Positions 20,911 through 29,595 of a stretch of DNA of 32,000 bases are shown here, piece after piece. The translations under genes and the position numbers were made by a program. The notes beneath the pieces were generated by a model. It saw nothing but the letters and a program-made list of their open reading frames with translations, was not told the origin of the DNA and made no database searches. Position 1 is the stretch's first letter. Every line of letters begins with the position of its first letter. This stretch comes from Cupriavidus necator (lineage in GTDB: Bacteria; Pseudomonadota; Gammaproteobacteria; Burkholderiales; Burkholderiaceae): positions 780,001-812,000 of the forward strand of contig NZ_CP066019.1 in assembly GCF_016127575.1 (NCBI RefSeq), read 5' to 3'.

Positions 20911-23640
20911 TCAGGCGACCTCGGCCACGCGCACTTCCACCAGCAGCTTCTTCAGTTCCGGCACGCACGAGCCGCAGTTGCCGCCGGCCTTGACGCAGGC
21001 GGTGATCTCCGCGGGCGTCTTCAGGTCGTGCTTGCGCACGGCGTCGCAGATGGTGTTGCGGCCCACGCCAAAGCACGAGCACACCGTCGGGCCGGTGTCG
21101 GCGCCTTTCTCCATCGGCTGGCCGAGCAGCAGGCCGATGCGGTCGGCGTCTTCCAGCCGCTCGCGGCCGAACAGGCCGGCGAGCCACGCGCGTGAGGGCA
21201 ACTCGGGCCGCGTCGAAACGTAGACGCACGCTTCCAGCCGGTCGTTGACGACATAGCCCGCATGGTAGACGCCGGCGGTGCGGTCCTCGTACTCGAGCCA
21301 GTCGGCGTCCGGATCGGTCACGCCGAGCAGCGCGCGGGCCCAGGCGGTGCGGTCGGCCACGGTGTCGCGGCCGGCGAATTCATAGCGCTGGAACTGGCGG
21401 CCCTGCACGCGCGTCCAGTAGGTCAGCGCTTCCGCGGGCAGCGCGCTGCGGCTCAGCACGAAACCATGCCAGTTCACGCCGAATGGCTCCACCCGTACTG
21501 GCGTGTGCTTGAATTCGGGCTCGCCGGAAACGGGATCGACCACGGGATTGACCAGCGCGCCGACGCGTGCGTCGGAGCTGAACTGGCCGTTCCAGTGGAT
21601 CGGCACGAACACGCTGCCGCGCGGGATGCCGCCGCCATGGCGCACGCGTGCCACCATCGCGCCCCAGCGCGTGCTGACGCGCGCGAGCTTGCCTTCGCCC
21701 ACGCCGGACAGCAGCGCGTCCTGCGGGTGCATGTCGACGAAGGGCTCGGGCAGGTGGTCGGCCAGCTTGGCCGACTTGCCGGTGCGCGTCATGGTGTGCC
21801 ACTGGTCGCGCACGCGGCCGGTGTTGAGGATCAGCGGGAAATCGTCGTCGGGCGCGTGGGCCGGCGCGCGCGGCGGCGTGGCGACAAAGCGGGCCAGGCC
21901 GTCGGCATGGGCGTAGCGGCCGTCGGCAAACAGGCGCTGCGTGCCGGCGCCAGCCGGTGCGCCCGCTGGCAGCGGCCATTGCACGGGCTCCAGCGCGTCA
22001 TAGTGCTCCTGGTCCAGGCCGGCCAGCCCGCCGATGTCGAACACGCGCGGTGCGGCATCGTTGCGCCAGGCGCTCAGGCGTGCGTGCTCGTCGAAAATCT
22101 CATGCACGCCCGCATAGTCGAAGCCGTCAAAGCCCATGCGGCGCGCGACGTCGCACAGGATCCGCCAGTCGGCGCGCGCCTCGCCAGGCGCGGGCAGGAA
22201 GGCACGCTGGCGGGAAATGCGTCGTTCCGAGTTGGTAACGGTGCCGTCTTTCTCGCCCCAGCCCAGCGCGGGCAGCAGCACGTGCGCGGCAGCATTGGTG
22301 TCGGTGCGCTCGATGATGTCGCTGGTGACCACCAGTTCGCACCTGGCCAGCGCGCGGCGCACCTGGTCGGCGTCGGGCAGGCTTACCACCGGGTTGGTGG
22401 CGATCACCCAGACCGCCTTGACGCGGCCGGCTTCGATCGCCTCGAACAGTTCCACCGCCTTCAGGCCCGGGCGGTCAGCCACCACCGGCGATTGCCAGAA
22501 GCTCTGCACGATGTCGCGATGCAGCGGGTTGGCCAGTTCCATGTGCGCGGCCAGCATGTTGGCCAGGCCGCCGACCTCGCGCCCGCCCATTGCATTGGGC
22601 TGGCCGGTAAGAGAGAACGGGCCCATGCCCGGGGCGCCGATGCGGCCGGTCAGCAGGTGGCAGTTGATGATGCTGTTGACCTTGTCGGTGCCGGCCGACG
22701 ACTGGTTGACGCCTTGCGAGAAGGCGGTCACGGTCTTTTCCGTATCCGCGAACAGCTGGTAGAACGCCAGCACGTCCTGCACGTCCAGCTTGCAGGCGCG
22801 GGCCACGGCAGCGGGATCGGCGCAGGCCGCGTCCGCGGCCTGCAGGGCTTCATCCAGCCCCGCGGTGCTGGCGGCGACGAAGGCGGCGTTGGTGCGGCCT
22901 TCGCGCGCCAGGTAGCTCAGCAGCCCGTTGAACAGCCACACGTCGGTGCCCGGGCGGATCGCCAGGTGCAGGTCGGCCAGTTCGCAGGTGGCGGTGCGGC
23001 GCGGGTCGATCGCCACGATCTTCATCTCGGGGCGCGCTTCCTTGGCCCGGGACAGGCGCTGGAACAGGATCGGATGGCACCACGCGGTGTTGGAGCCCAC
23101 CAGCACCACCAGGTCGGCCAGTTCCAGGTCTTCGTAGTTGCCCGGCACCAGGTCTTCGCCGAAGGCGCGCTTGTGGCCGGCCACTGCCGACGACATGCAC
23201 AGGCGCGAGTTGGTGTCGATATTGGCGCTGCCGATGAAGCCCTTCATCAGCTTGTTGGCGATGTAGTAGTCCTCGGTCAGCAGCTGGCCCGAGACATAGA
23301 GCGCGACCGAATCCGGGCCGTGGCGGCGGACGATGTCCGAGAAGCCTTGCGCGACGGTGTCCAGCGCATGGTCCCACGAGACTTGCTGCAGGGAGCCATC
23401 GGTGCCGCGCACCTTGGGGTGGAGCAGGCGGCCTTCCAGGTCCACGGTTTCACCGAGCGCCGAGCCTTTCACGCACAGCCGGCCGTGATTGGACGGGTGC
23501 TGCGCGTCGCCCGCGATCTCGACCTGGCCGTCGGCGCGCACGGTGGCGCGCACGCCGCAGCCGACGCCGCAGTACGGGCAGGTGGTGGCGGTGGTGGTGG
23601 TCAGGGTCGCCGAGACGACCGGGATGTCGGACAGGTTCAC
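20911..23640 (-). CDS. nasA: assimilatory nitrate reductase catalytic subunit (Mo-bisMGD, N-terminal 4Fe-4S, C-terminal BFD-like 2Fe-2S domain)
   Basis: I prefer the GTG at 23640 (GGAGAA 5 nt upstream) to the track start at 23703, which overlaps the upstream gene. Motifs: TCPYCGVGCGV...GRLCVKG (4Fe-4S), a long molybdopterin-oxidoreductase body, and a C-terminal CSCFGVGRNTICDAV...CVKAGGNCGSCVPELKKLL. The symbol follows Klebsiella nomenclature; other genera call it nasC or nasB. Confidence 0.92.
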   Translation of the reverse strand: MNLSDIPVVSATLTTTTATTCPYCGVGCGVRATVRADGQVEIAGDAQHPSNHGRLCVKGSALGETVDLEGRLLHPKVRGTDGSLQQVSWDHALDTVAQGFSDIVRRHGPDSVALYVSGQLLTEDYYIANKLMKGFIGSANIDTNSRLCMSSAVAGHKRAFGEDLVPGNYEDLELADLVVLVGSNTAWCHPILFQRLSRAKEARPEMKIVAIDPRRTATCELADLHLAIRPGTDVWLFNGLLSYLAREGRTNAAFVAASTAGLDEALQAADAACADPAAVARACKLDVQDVLAFYQLFADTEKTVTAFSQGVNQSSAGTDKVNSIINCHLLTGRIGAPGMGPFSLTGQPNAMGGREVGGLANMLAAHMELANPLHRDIVQSFWQSPVVADRPGLKAVELFEAIEAGRVKAVWVIATNPVVSLPDADQVRRALARCELVVTSDIIERTDTNAAAHVLLPALGWGEKDGTVTNSERRISRQRAFLPAPGEARADWRILCDVARRMGFDGFDYAGVHEIFDEHARLSAWRNDAAPRVFDIGGLAGLDQEHYDALEPVQWPLPAGAPAGAGTQRLFADGRYAHADGLARFVATPPRAPAHAPDDDFPLILNTGRVRDQWHTMTRTGKSAKLADHLPEPFVDMHPQDALLSGVGEGKLARVSTRWGAMVARVRHGGGIPRGSVFVPIHWNGQFSSDARVGALVNPVVDPVSGEPEFKHTPVRVEPFGVNWHGFVLSRSALPAEALTYWTRVQGRQFQRYEFAGRDTVADRTAWARALLGVTDPDADWLEYEDRTAGVYHAGYVVNDRLEACVYVSTRPELPSRAWLAGLFGRERLEDADRIGLLLGQPMEKGADTGPTVCSCFGVGRNTICDAVRKHDLKTPAEITACVKAGGNCGSCVPELKKLLVEVRVAEVA

Positions 23641-23681
23641 GCGTTCTCCGTGCGGGGGCGTTATATGGCTTACGGTGATGC

Positions 23682-24923
23682 TTATGCGGCGAGCGCTTCG
23701 CACTGCGCCTGACCGAACAGCAGGCGCTGGCGCAGCGCGCCCACCGGCGTGCGGCGCTGGATCATGTCGAAGTACCAGGGGCCGTCCTGCACGTCGCCGT
23801 ACAGCACGGCGCCGACCAGATAGCCGTCCTGCAGCACCAGGCGCTTGTAGACGCCGCGGCGCGGGTCGCGCAGCACCAGGTCTTCACTGCCTTCGGCGCC
23901 GATGAAGTCGCCGGCGGAATACAGGTCGACGCCGGTCACTTTCAGTTTAGTCGCGGTGGCCTGCTGCACGTAGTGGCGATGGCCGGCGCCGGCGAGGTGC
24001 GCGGCGCACACGCGCGCCTGATCCCAGATCGGCGCCACCAGGCCGAAGGTGGCCTGGCGATGCTGCACGCACTCGCCCACGGCGTAGATGCGCGGATCAT
24101 AGGTCTGCAGCGTGTCGTCGACGACGATGGCGCGCTCGCAGTGCAGGCCGGCGCCGGCGGCCAGCTCGATATTGGGGCGCACGCCGGCGGTCATCACCAC
24201 CAGGTCGGCGGGGATCTCGCTGCCGTCCTTGAAGCGCACGCCGGTGACGCGGTCGATGCCGAGAATCTCCGCGGTCTGAGCGCCCAGCAGGAAGCGCAGG
24301 CCCTTGCGTTCGAGCGCGCCCTGGAGCAGCGTGGCAGCGGGCTTGTCGAGCTGGCGCTCCATCAGGCTGTCGGGCAGGTGCACCACGGTCACGTCCATGC
24401 CCTGGCGCAGCAGCCCGTTGGCGGCCTCCAGGCCGAGCAGGCCGCCGCCGATCACCACCGCATGGCGGTGGTCGCGCGCGGCTTGCTGCATGGTCTCCAC
24501 GTCCTGGATATCGCGGAAGGCGATCACGCCGTCGAGCTGGTGCCCCGGCACCGGCAGGATGAAGGGCTTGGAGCCGGTGGCCAGCAGCAGGCGGTCGTAG
24601 CGCACTTCGCGGCCGGAGGCCGAGCGCACGATGCGGCGCGGGCGGTCGATGGCCACCACCGGATCGCCGGCAAGCAGTTCGATGCCATGCTCGGCGTACC
24701 ACTCGCGCGTGTTCAGCATGATGTCCGCTACCGTCTTCTCGCCGGCCAGCACCGGGGATAGCAGGATGCGGTTGTAGTTGCCGTGCGGCTCGGCCCCGAA
24801 CACCGTGATGTCGTACAGGTCCGGGGCGAGCCTGAGCAGCTCTTCCACAGTGCGCATGCCGGCCATGCCGTTGCCGACGACGACCAGGCGCGGGCGGGCT
24901 TGGGGGGTGGCGGAAGGCGTCAT
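23682..24923 (-). CDS. FAD/NAD(P)H-dependent oxidoreductase, probable electron-transfer subunit of assimilatory nitrate reductase (NirB N-terminal-domain homologue)
   Basis: The ATG at 24923 (GGAGA upstream) gives MTPSATPQARPRLVVVGNGMAGMRTVEELL (FAD dinucleotide fold) and HAVVIGGGLLGLEAANGL (NAD fold). It has no siroheme/4Fe-4S domain. Its position between nirD and nasA matches the NasC (Klebsiella) / NasB (Bacillus) type of subunit. Confidence 0.82.
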   Translation of the reverse strand: MTPSATPQARPRLVVVGNGMAGMRTVEELLRLAPDLYDITVFGAEPHGNYNRILLSPVLAGEKTVADIMLNTREWYAEHGIELLAGDPVVAIDRPRRIVRSASGREVRYDRLLLATGSKPFILPVPGHQLDGVIAFRDIQDVETMQQAARDHRHAVVIGGGLLGLEAANGLLRQGMDVTVVHLPDSLMERQLDKPAATLLQGALERKGLRFLLGAQTAEILGIDRVTGVRFKDGSEIPADLVVMTAGVRPNIELAAGAGLHCERAIVVDDTLQTYDPRIYAVGECVQHRQATFGLVAPIWDQARVCAAHLAGAGHRHYVQQATATKLKVTGVDLYSAGDFIGAEGSEDLVLRDPRRGVYKRLVLQDGYLVGAVLYGDVQDGPWYFDMIQRRTPVGALRQRLLFGQAQCEALAA

Positions 24924-24981
24924 GCCGGCATCTCCGTTGGCGTGGCTTGAGGACAGGGGGAACATCAAATGGGCGCCGGTG

Positions 24982-25365
24982 TCAGGCTGCGAGTTCTTCC
25001 TCGGCCTCGCTCACGGCCACGCCGGCGGCAATCCAGACCTTGCCGTCATAGACGCGTGCGGCGTAGGCACTGACGGACTGCTCGGGCGCTTCCAGGCATT
25101 CGCCGGTGCGCAGGTCGAAGTGATGCTTGTAGATCGGCGAAGCCACCACCAGGCGCTCGCCGAGGTTGCCGACCAGCCCGCGCGACAGCACCGCGGCCTG
25201 CGAGTTGGGATCGAAGTTGTCGATGGCGTAGACTTCGTCGCCACGGCCGATGCGGAACACGGCGACCTGCTTGTCGTCGACCAGCGCGCACACACCAGTA
25301 TTGGGCACGATATCGCGTACGGTGCAGACGGCGGTCCAGGTCTCAGGATGGTGGGGATGGCTCAT
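24982..25365 (-). CDS. nirD: nitrite reductase small subunit NirD
   Basis: Internal ATG (CAT 25363-25365) preceded by AAGGAGA. Translation MSHPHHPETWTAVCTVRDIVPNTGVCALVDDKQVAVFRI...SPIYKHHFDLRTGECLE matches the Rieske-like NirD fold. It lies immediately downstream of nirB. Confidence 0.9.
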   Translation of the reverse strand: MSHPHHPETWTAVCTVRDIVPNTGVCALVDDKQVAVFRIGRGDEVYAIDNFDPNSQAAVLSRGLVGNLGERLVVASPIYKHHFDLRTGECLEAPEQSVSAYAARVYDGKVWIAAGVAVSEAEEELAA

Positions 25366-25390
25366 CACGTTCTCCTTGTTTGCGGCACGG

Positions 25391-27952
25391 TCAGGCTGCT
25401 TTTGCGGGCATGGCAACCACGGGAATCTGGCTCAGGCGAGAACGACGCAATTTCCGTTCCTCCGGCGTGGCCGGGCGGATCTGCCCGCGCTCTTCGACAA
25501 AGGCGACGTTGTCGTCGCGGCGGTCGCTGTTGACGAAATGGCGGAAGCGCTTGCGCGTCTCGGGATCGGTCACGGCCTTCTTCCACTCGTCTTCGTAGGT
25601 GTCGACCACATGCTGCATCTCGGCTTCCAGTTCGGCGGCGAGGCCCAGCTTGTCGTCCAGCACCACGGCCTTGAGGTAGTCCAGGCCGCCTTCGAGGTTG
25701 TCGCGCCAGACGCTGGTGCGCTGCAGGCGGTCGGCGGTGCGCACGTAGAACATCAGGAAGCGGTCGATGTAGCGCACCAGGGTGTCGTGGTCCAGGTCGC
25801 TGGCCAGCAGCTCGGCGTGGCGCGGCTTCATGCCGCCGTTGCCGCACACGTACAGGTTCCAGCCCTTGTCGGTGGCGATCACGCCAACGTCCTTGCCCTG
25901 CGCCTCGGCGCATTCGCGGGTGCAGCCGGACACGCCGAACTTGATCTTGTGCGGCGCGCGCAGGCCCTTGTAGCGGTTCTCCAGCTCGATCGCCAGGCCC
26001 ACCGAATCGCCCACGCCATAGCGGCACCAGGTGGAGCCCACGCACGACTTCACCGTGCGCAGCGCCTTGCCGTAGGCATGGCCGGACTCAAAGCCGGCGG
26101 CGATCAGTTCTTCCCAGATGAAGGGCAGTTCCTCGGCGCGCGCACCAAACAGGTCCACGCGCTGGCCGCCGGTGATCTTGGTGTAGAGACCATACTTCTT
26201 GGCCACCTGGCCGACCGCGATCAGGCCCTCGGGCGTGACTTCGCCGCCCGGCATGCGCGGCACCACCGAATAGGTGCCGTCCTTCTGGATGTTGGCCAGG
26301 TAGTAGTCGTTGGAATCCTGCAGGCTGGCGTGCTCTTCCTTGAGCACGAACTCGTTCCAGCACGAGGCCAGGATGCTGCCCACCGCGGGCTTGCAGATGT
26401 CGCAGCCCATGCCCTTGCCATGCGCTTCCAGCAGCGCATCGAAGGTCTTGAACTTGCCCACGCGAACCAGGTGATACAGCTCCTGGCGCGAGTACGGGAA
26501 GTGCTCGCAGAGGTGGTTGTTGACGGCCATGCCCTGCTTCTTCATCTCGGCCTTCATGATCTGCGTGACCAGCGGCACGCAGCCGCCGCAGGCGGTGCCG
26601 GCCTTGGTGCAGGTCTTGAGCGCGCCGATGCTGGTGGCGCCGTCGCACACGGCCGCGCAGATCTCGCTCTTGGAGACGTTGTTGCACGAGCAGATCTGGG
26701 CGGTGTCGGGCAGGGCATCGGCGCCCAGCGCGGGCTTGGCCTTGCCGCTGCTGTCGGGCAGTATCAGGAACTCGGGCGACTCGGGCAGCTCGATCTTGTT
26801 CAGCATCATCTGCAGCAGCGTGCCGTACTCGCTGGCGTCGCCGATCAGCACGCCGCCCAGCAGGTACTTGCCGCAGTCGGACACCACCAGCTTCTTGTAG
26901 ACCTCCTTGCGGTCGTCGCAGAACTGGTAGAAGCGCGCGCCCGGCACGGTGCCGTGCGGGTCGCCGATGCTGGCCACGTCCACGCCCATCAGCTTGAGCT
27001 TGGTGCTCATGTCGGCGCCGGCAAACTCGGCGGCTTCGCCCTGCAGGTGGCGCGCGGCGACGCGGGCCATGTCATAGCCCGGCGCCACCAGGCCGTAGAT
27101 CTTGCCTTGCCACAGCGCGCATTCGCCGATGGCGTAGATGTCGGGATCCGAGGTGAGGCACTGGTTGTCCACCACGATGCCGCCGCGCTCGCCCACCGCC
27201 AGGCCGCTGGTGCGCGCCAGTTCGTCGCGCGGGCGGATACCGGCCGAGAACACGATCATGTCGGTGTCGAGGTGGGTGCCGTCGGCAAACACCATGCGGT
27301 GGGTGCCGTCTTCGCCGTCGATGATCTCCACCGTGTTCTTGCCGGTGTGCGCGGTCACGCCCAGGCCATGGATCTTCTGGCGCAGCATGCGGCCGCCGCC
27401 TTCGTCGACCTGCACCGCCATCAGGCGCGGCGCAAACTCGACCACGTGCGTTTGCAGGTCCATGTCGCGCAGCGCCTTGGCGCACTCCAGGCCAAGCAGG
27501 CCACCGCCGACCACTACGCCGGTCTTCGAGCGCGCACCGCATTCGCGCATCGCTTCCAGGTCTTCGATGGTGCGATAGACAAAGCAGTCCTTGCGGTCCT
27601 TGCCCGGCACCGGCGGCACGAAGGGGTAGGAACCGGTGGCGAGGATCAGCTTGTCATAGGACAGGGTCTCGCCGGTCGACACCTTCACCGTGCGCGCGGC
27701 GCGGTCGATCTCCACCGCACGCGCATTCAGGCGCAGCAGCATGTTGTTGTGCTGCTCGAAGAAGCCGGCGGGCACCAGCGACAGGTCCTCGGCTGACTTG
27801 CCGGCGAAGAATTCGGACAGGTGCACGCGATCGTAGGCGGGACGTGGTTCTTCGCACAGCACGGTCACTTCCACGTTCTGCGCGCCGGCTTCCGCCAGGC
27901 ACTCCAGGAACTTGTGACCCACCATGCCGTGGCCGACGATGATCAGTTTCAT
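25391..27952 (-). CDS. nirB: NAD(P)H-dependent assimilatory nitrite reductase large subunit NirB
   Basis: 853-aa ORF. Motifs: MKLIIVGHGMVGHKFLE (FAD), VVVGGGLLGLECAKAL (NAD), the BFD-like CSCNNVSKSEICAAV...CTKAGTACGGCVP, and the sulfite/nitrite reductase siroheme-4Fe-4S motifs SCVGSTWCRYG and SGCTRECAEAQ. Confidence 0.96.
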   Translation of the reverse strand: MKLIIVGHGMVGHKFLECLAEAGAQNVEVTVLCEEPRPAYDRVHLSEFFAGKSAEDLSLVPAGFFEQHNNMLLRLNARAVEIDRAARTVKVSTGETLSYDKLILATGSYPFVPPVPGKDRKDCFVYRTIEDLEAMRECGARSKTGVVVGGGLLGLECAKALRDMDLQTHVVEFAPRLMAVQVDEGGGRMLRQKIHGLGVTAHTGKNTVEIIDGEDGTHRMVFADGTHLDTDMIVFSAGIRPRDELARTSGLAVGERGGIVVDNQCLTSDPDIYAIGECALWQGKIYGLVAPGYDMARVAARHLQGEAAEFAGADMSTKLKLMGVDVASIGDPHGTVPGARFYQFCDDRKEVYKKLVVSDCGKYLLGGVLIGDASEYGTLLQMMLNKIELPESPEFLILPDSSGKAKPALGADALPDTAQICSCNNVSKSEICAAVCDGATSIGALKTCTKAGTACGGCVPLVTQIMKAEMKKQGMAVNNHLCEHFPYSRQELYHLVRVGKFKTFDALLEAHGKGMGCDICKPAVGSILASCWNEFVLKEEHASLQDSNDYYLANIQKDGTYSVVPRMPGGEVTPEGLIAVGQVAKKYGLYTKITGGQRVDLFGARAEELPFIWEELIAAGFESGHAYGKALRTVKSCVGSTWCRYGVGDSVGLAIELENRYKGLRAPHKIKFGVSGCTRECAEAQGKDVGVIATDKGWNLYVCGNGGMKPRHAELLASDLDHDTLVRYIDRFLMFYVRTADRLQRTSVWRDNLEGGLDYLKAVVLDDKLGLAAELEAEMQHVVDTYEDEWKKAVTDPETRKRFRHFVNSDRRDDNVAFVEERGQIRPATPEERKLRRSRLSQIPVVAMPAKAA

Positions 27953-28017
27953 GATGCTTTCCTTGTCCGGTAGTCAGTCTTTGCTGCTTGTTGTGCTGTG
28001 GGGGCGATGCTTCAAAA

Positions 28018-29337
28018 TCAGCTGGCCATTGCGCTGTCGTACAGCGCCTGCTCCTGGGCCTTGTGCTCGGCGGTGAAGCGGATGGCGATGGCGCAAAGTG
28101 CGGAGATGGTGGCGAGCACGCCCAGCACTGTCAGCGTGTGCTGCAGGTCGCCCAGGCCCTTGAGCAGGAAGCCCGCGGCGACGGCGCCAACGTTGCCGCC
28201 CGCGCCGATGATGCCGGCCACGCCGCCCAGCGCCTTGCGGTCGATAAAGGGCACCAGCGCGTAGGTCGCGCCGCAGGCCATGTGGGTGAACAGGCCGAAC
28301 AGCAGCATCGCGACCACGGCCAGCGTCACACTGCCGGCCTGCGCGAACCACAGCAGGCCCAGGCCTTCGCCCAGGATCAGCACGAACAGCAGCGTGGCGC
28401 GTGCGTCCAGGCCGCGGCGGCGCGCCGCCTTGTCCGACAGCCAGCCACCCAGGGCGCGGGCAAACAGCGCCAGCAGGCCGAAGCTCGCGGCGGCCATGCC
28501 GGCAGCCTTCAGGCTCAGGCCGAAGCGGTCCACGTAATACGAGGCGGCGATGTTGTGGATGAAGATCTCAACGCCGAAGCAGGCGCCGTAGGTGATGAAC
28601 AGCAGCCACACGCGGTAGTTGGCGCTGGCGGCGCGGAAGCTGGCCCAGCCGCCGCCCTTGCCACCGTCCTTGCCGGTGATGGCGATGCCGCGGGCGCGCA
28701 GGTCCGAGTAGTTGCCTTCCGGGCAGTCCTGGGTGAAGCGCCAGTAAATGACGGCCATGATCAGCATCAGCACGCCCGGCACCAGCAGGGCGAAGCGCCA
28801 GCCGAACGCGTGGTCGGCGCCGAGCATCAGCACGGCAGCCAGCAGCAGCGGCATGATGGCCTGTGCGGCGCCGCCGCCGGCATTGCCCCAGCCGGCCGCG
28901 GCCGCGTTGGCGGTGCCGACCACGTTGGGCGCGAACATCACCGAGGTGTGGTACTGCGTGATCACAAAGCTGGCGCCGACTGCGCCGATCAGCAGGCGGA
29001 AGGTCAGGAAGGTCTCGTAGTTCTGTGCCAGCGCCACGCCCAGCACCGGCAGCGCGCCCAGCGCCAGCAGGCCGGTGTAGGTCTTGCGCGGGCCGAAGCG
29101 GTCGCACATCGGGCCAATCACCAGGCGCACCAGGATGGTCACCGCCACCGCCGCGATATTGATGTTGGCGATCTGGCCCGGGGTCAGGCCGAACTCGCCC
29201 TTGAGCACAGGCATCAGCGGAGCGCAGGCAAACCACGCAAAGAAGCAGACGAAGAACGCCATCCAGGTCAGGTGGAAGGCGCGCATCTGCGGGGTCCTAA
29301 AGCTCAGCAGCTCGATGCGGGTGGCTTTGGCGGTCAT
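28018..29337 (-). CDS. nitrate/nitrite porter (NNP family MFS, NarK/NasA-type transporter)
   Basis: The ATG at 29337 follows GGAG by 9 nt. The track start at 29352 is a TTG inside the leader U-tract. The translation is hydrophobic and carries the NNP signature AAAGWGNAGGGAAQ. It is the first gene of the nas operon. Confidence 0.9.
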   Translation of the reverse strand: MTAKATRIELLSFRTPQMRAFHLTWMAFFVCFFAWFACAPLMPVLKGEFGLTPGQIANINIAAVAVTILVRLVIGPMCDRFGPRKTYTGLLALGALPVLGVALAQNYETFLTFRLLIGAVGASFVITQYHTSVMFAPNVVGTANAAAAGWGNAGGGAAQAIMPLLLAAVLMLGADHAFGWRFALLVPGVLMLIMAVIYWRFTQDCPEGNYSDLRARGIAITGKDGGKGGGWASFRAASANYRVWLLFITYGACFGVEIFIHNIAASYYVDRFGLSLKAAGMAAASFGLLALFARALGGWLSDKAARRRGLDARATLLFVLILGEGLGLLWFAQAGSVTLAVVAMLLFGLFTHMACGATYALVPFIDRKALGGVAGIIGAGGNVGAVAAGFLLKGLGDLQHTLTVLGVLATISALCAIAIRFTAEHKAQEQALYDSAMAS

Positions 29338-29350
29338 CGTCCTTGGCTCC

Positions 29351-29405
29351 AAAAAACAAATGGCGTCCCGCAGACCAGGCCGCTCAGGCCAGTTCAGGGG
29401 ACGCC
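29351..29405 (-). terminator. intrinsic terminator (attenuator) in the nas operon leader
   Basis: Minus-strand RNA forms GGCGUCCC (29405-29398) ... GGGACGCC (29369-29362), with an internally paired loop including GGCC-UGAGC-GGCC. AUUUGUUUUUU (29361-29351) follows, directly before the RBS. Confidence 0.6.
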
Positions 29406-29414
29406 GTTGTCCTG
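29399..29414 (-). ncRNA. leader hairpin 2 with identical hexaloop AACGGC, overlapping the terminator 5' arm
   Basis: RNA (CA)GGAC-AACGGC-GUCC. Its loop and 3' arm (GGCGUCC) are the same nucleotides as the 5' arm of the terminator stem, so the two structures are mutually exclusive. Confidence 0.5.
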
Positions 29415-29452
29415 ACAGCCACTACATGGGATAGGGGCTGCGTATGTGGGGT

Positions 29453-29476
29453 GGGCCGGTCGCCGTTGACGGGCCC
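29453..29476 (-). ncRNA. leader hairpin 1 with hexaloop AACGGC (ANTAR-target-like)
   Basis: RNA GGGCCCGUC-AACGGC-GACCGGCCC has 8 pairs plus one C-C mismatch. It starts about where the sigma-54 promoter predicts the +1. Confidence 0.5.
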
Positions 29477-29487
29477 GTACCATGTTA

Positions 29488-29503
29488 CGCAAGGGGTGTG
29501 CCA
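29488..29503 (-). promoter_or_regulatory. sigma-54 (RpoN) promoter of the nas operon
   Basis: The minus strand reads TGGCAC-ACCCC-TTGCG, with exact -24 GG / -12 GC spacing against the consensus TGGCAC-N5-TTGC. The predicted +1 is near 29477. Confidence 0.7.
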
Positions 29504-29595
29504 GGCCGGCATGTGACGGTGAGTGGGGGTTTGTTGCGCTGGGTGCGGCGGAGTGATGCCGGGATGCGCTGTGGTGGGGCGGCCGCCGGGCTGGC

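Noticed and set aside
23641-23703. Track start of nasA at 23703, overlapping the upstream gene by 22 nt
   Set aside because: The GTG at 23640 has a GGAGAA Shine-Dalgarno at the correct distance and removes the overlap. The extra 21 residues (MRSARRISITVSHITPPHGER) carry no conserved feature. The choice remains unverified.
21262-29415. Very long plus-strand ORFs (21262..23712, 816 aa; 25250..27796, 848 aa; 27988..29415, 475 aa; 23973..24761) opposite nasA, nirB, the transporter and the FAD subunit
   Set aside because: They mirror well-supported minus-strand genes. Their translations are repetitive (runs of A, G, R, H, Q, D) with no recognisable domains. This is the classic absence of stop codons on the antisense strand of GC-rich genes.
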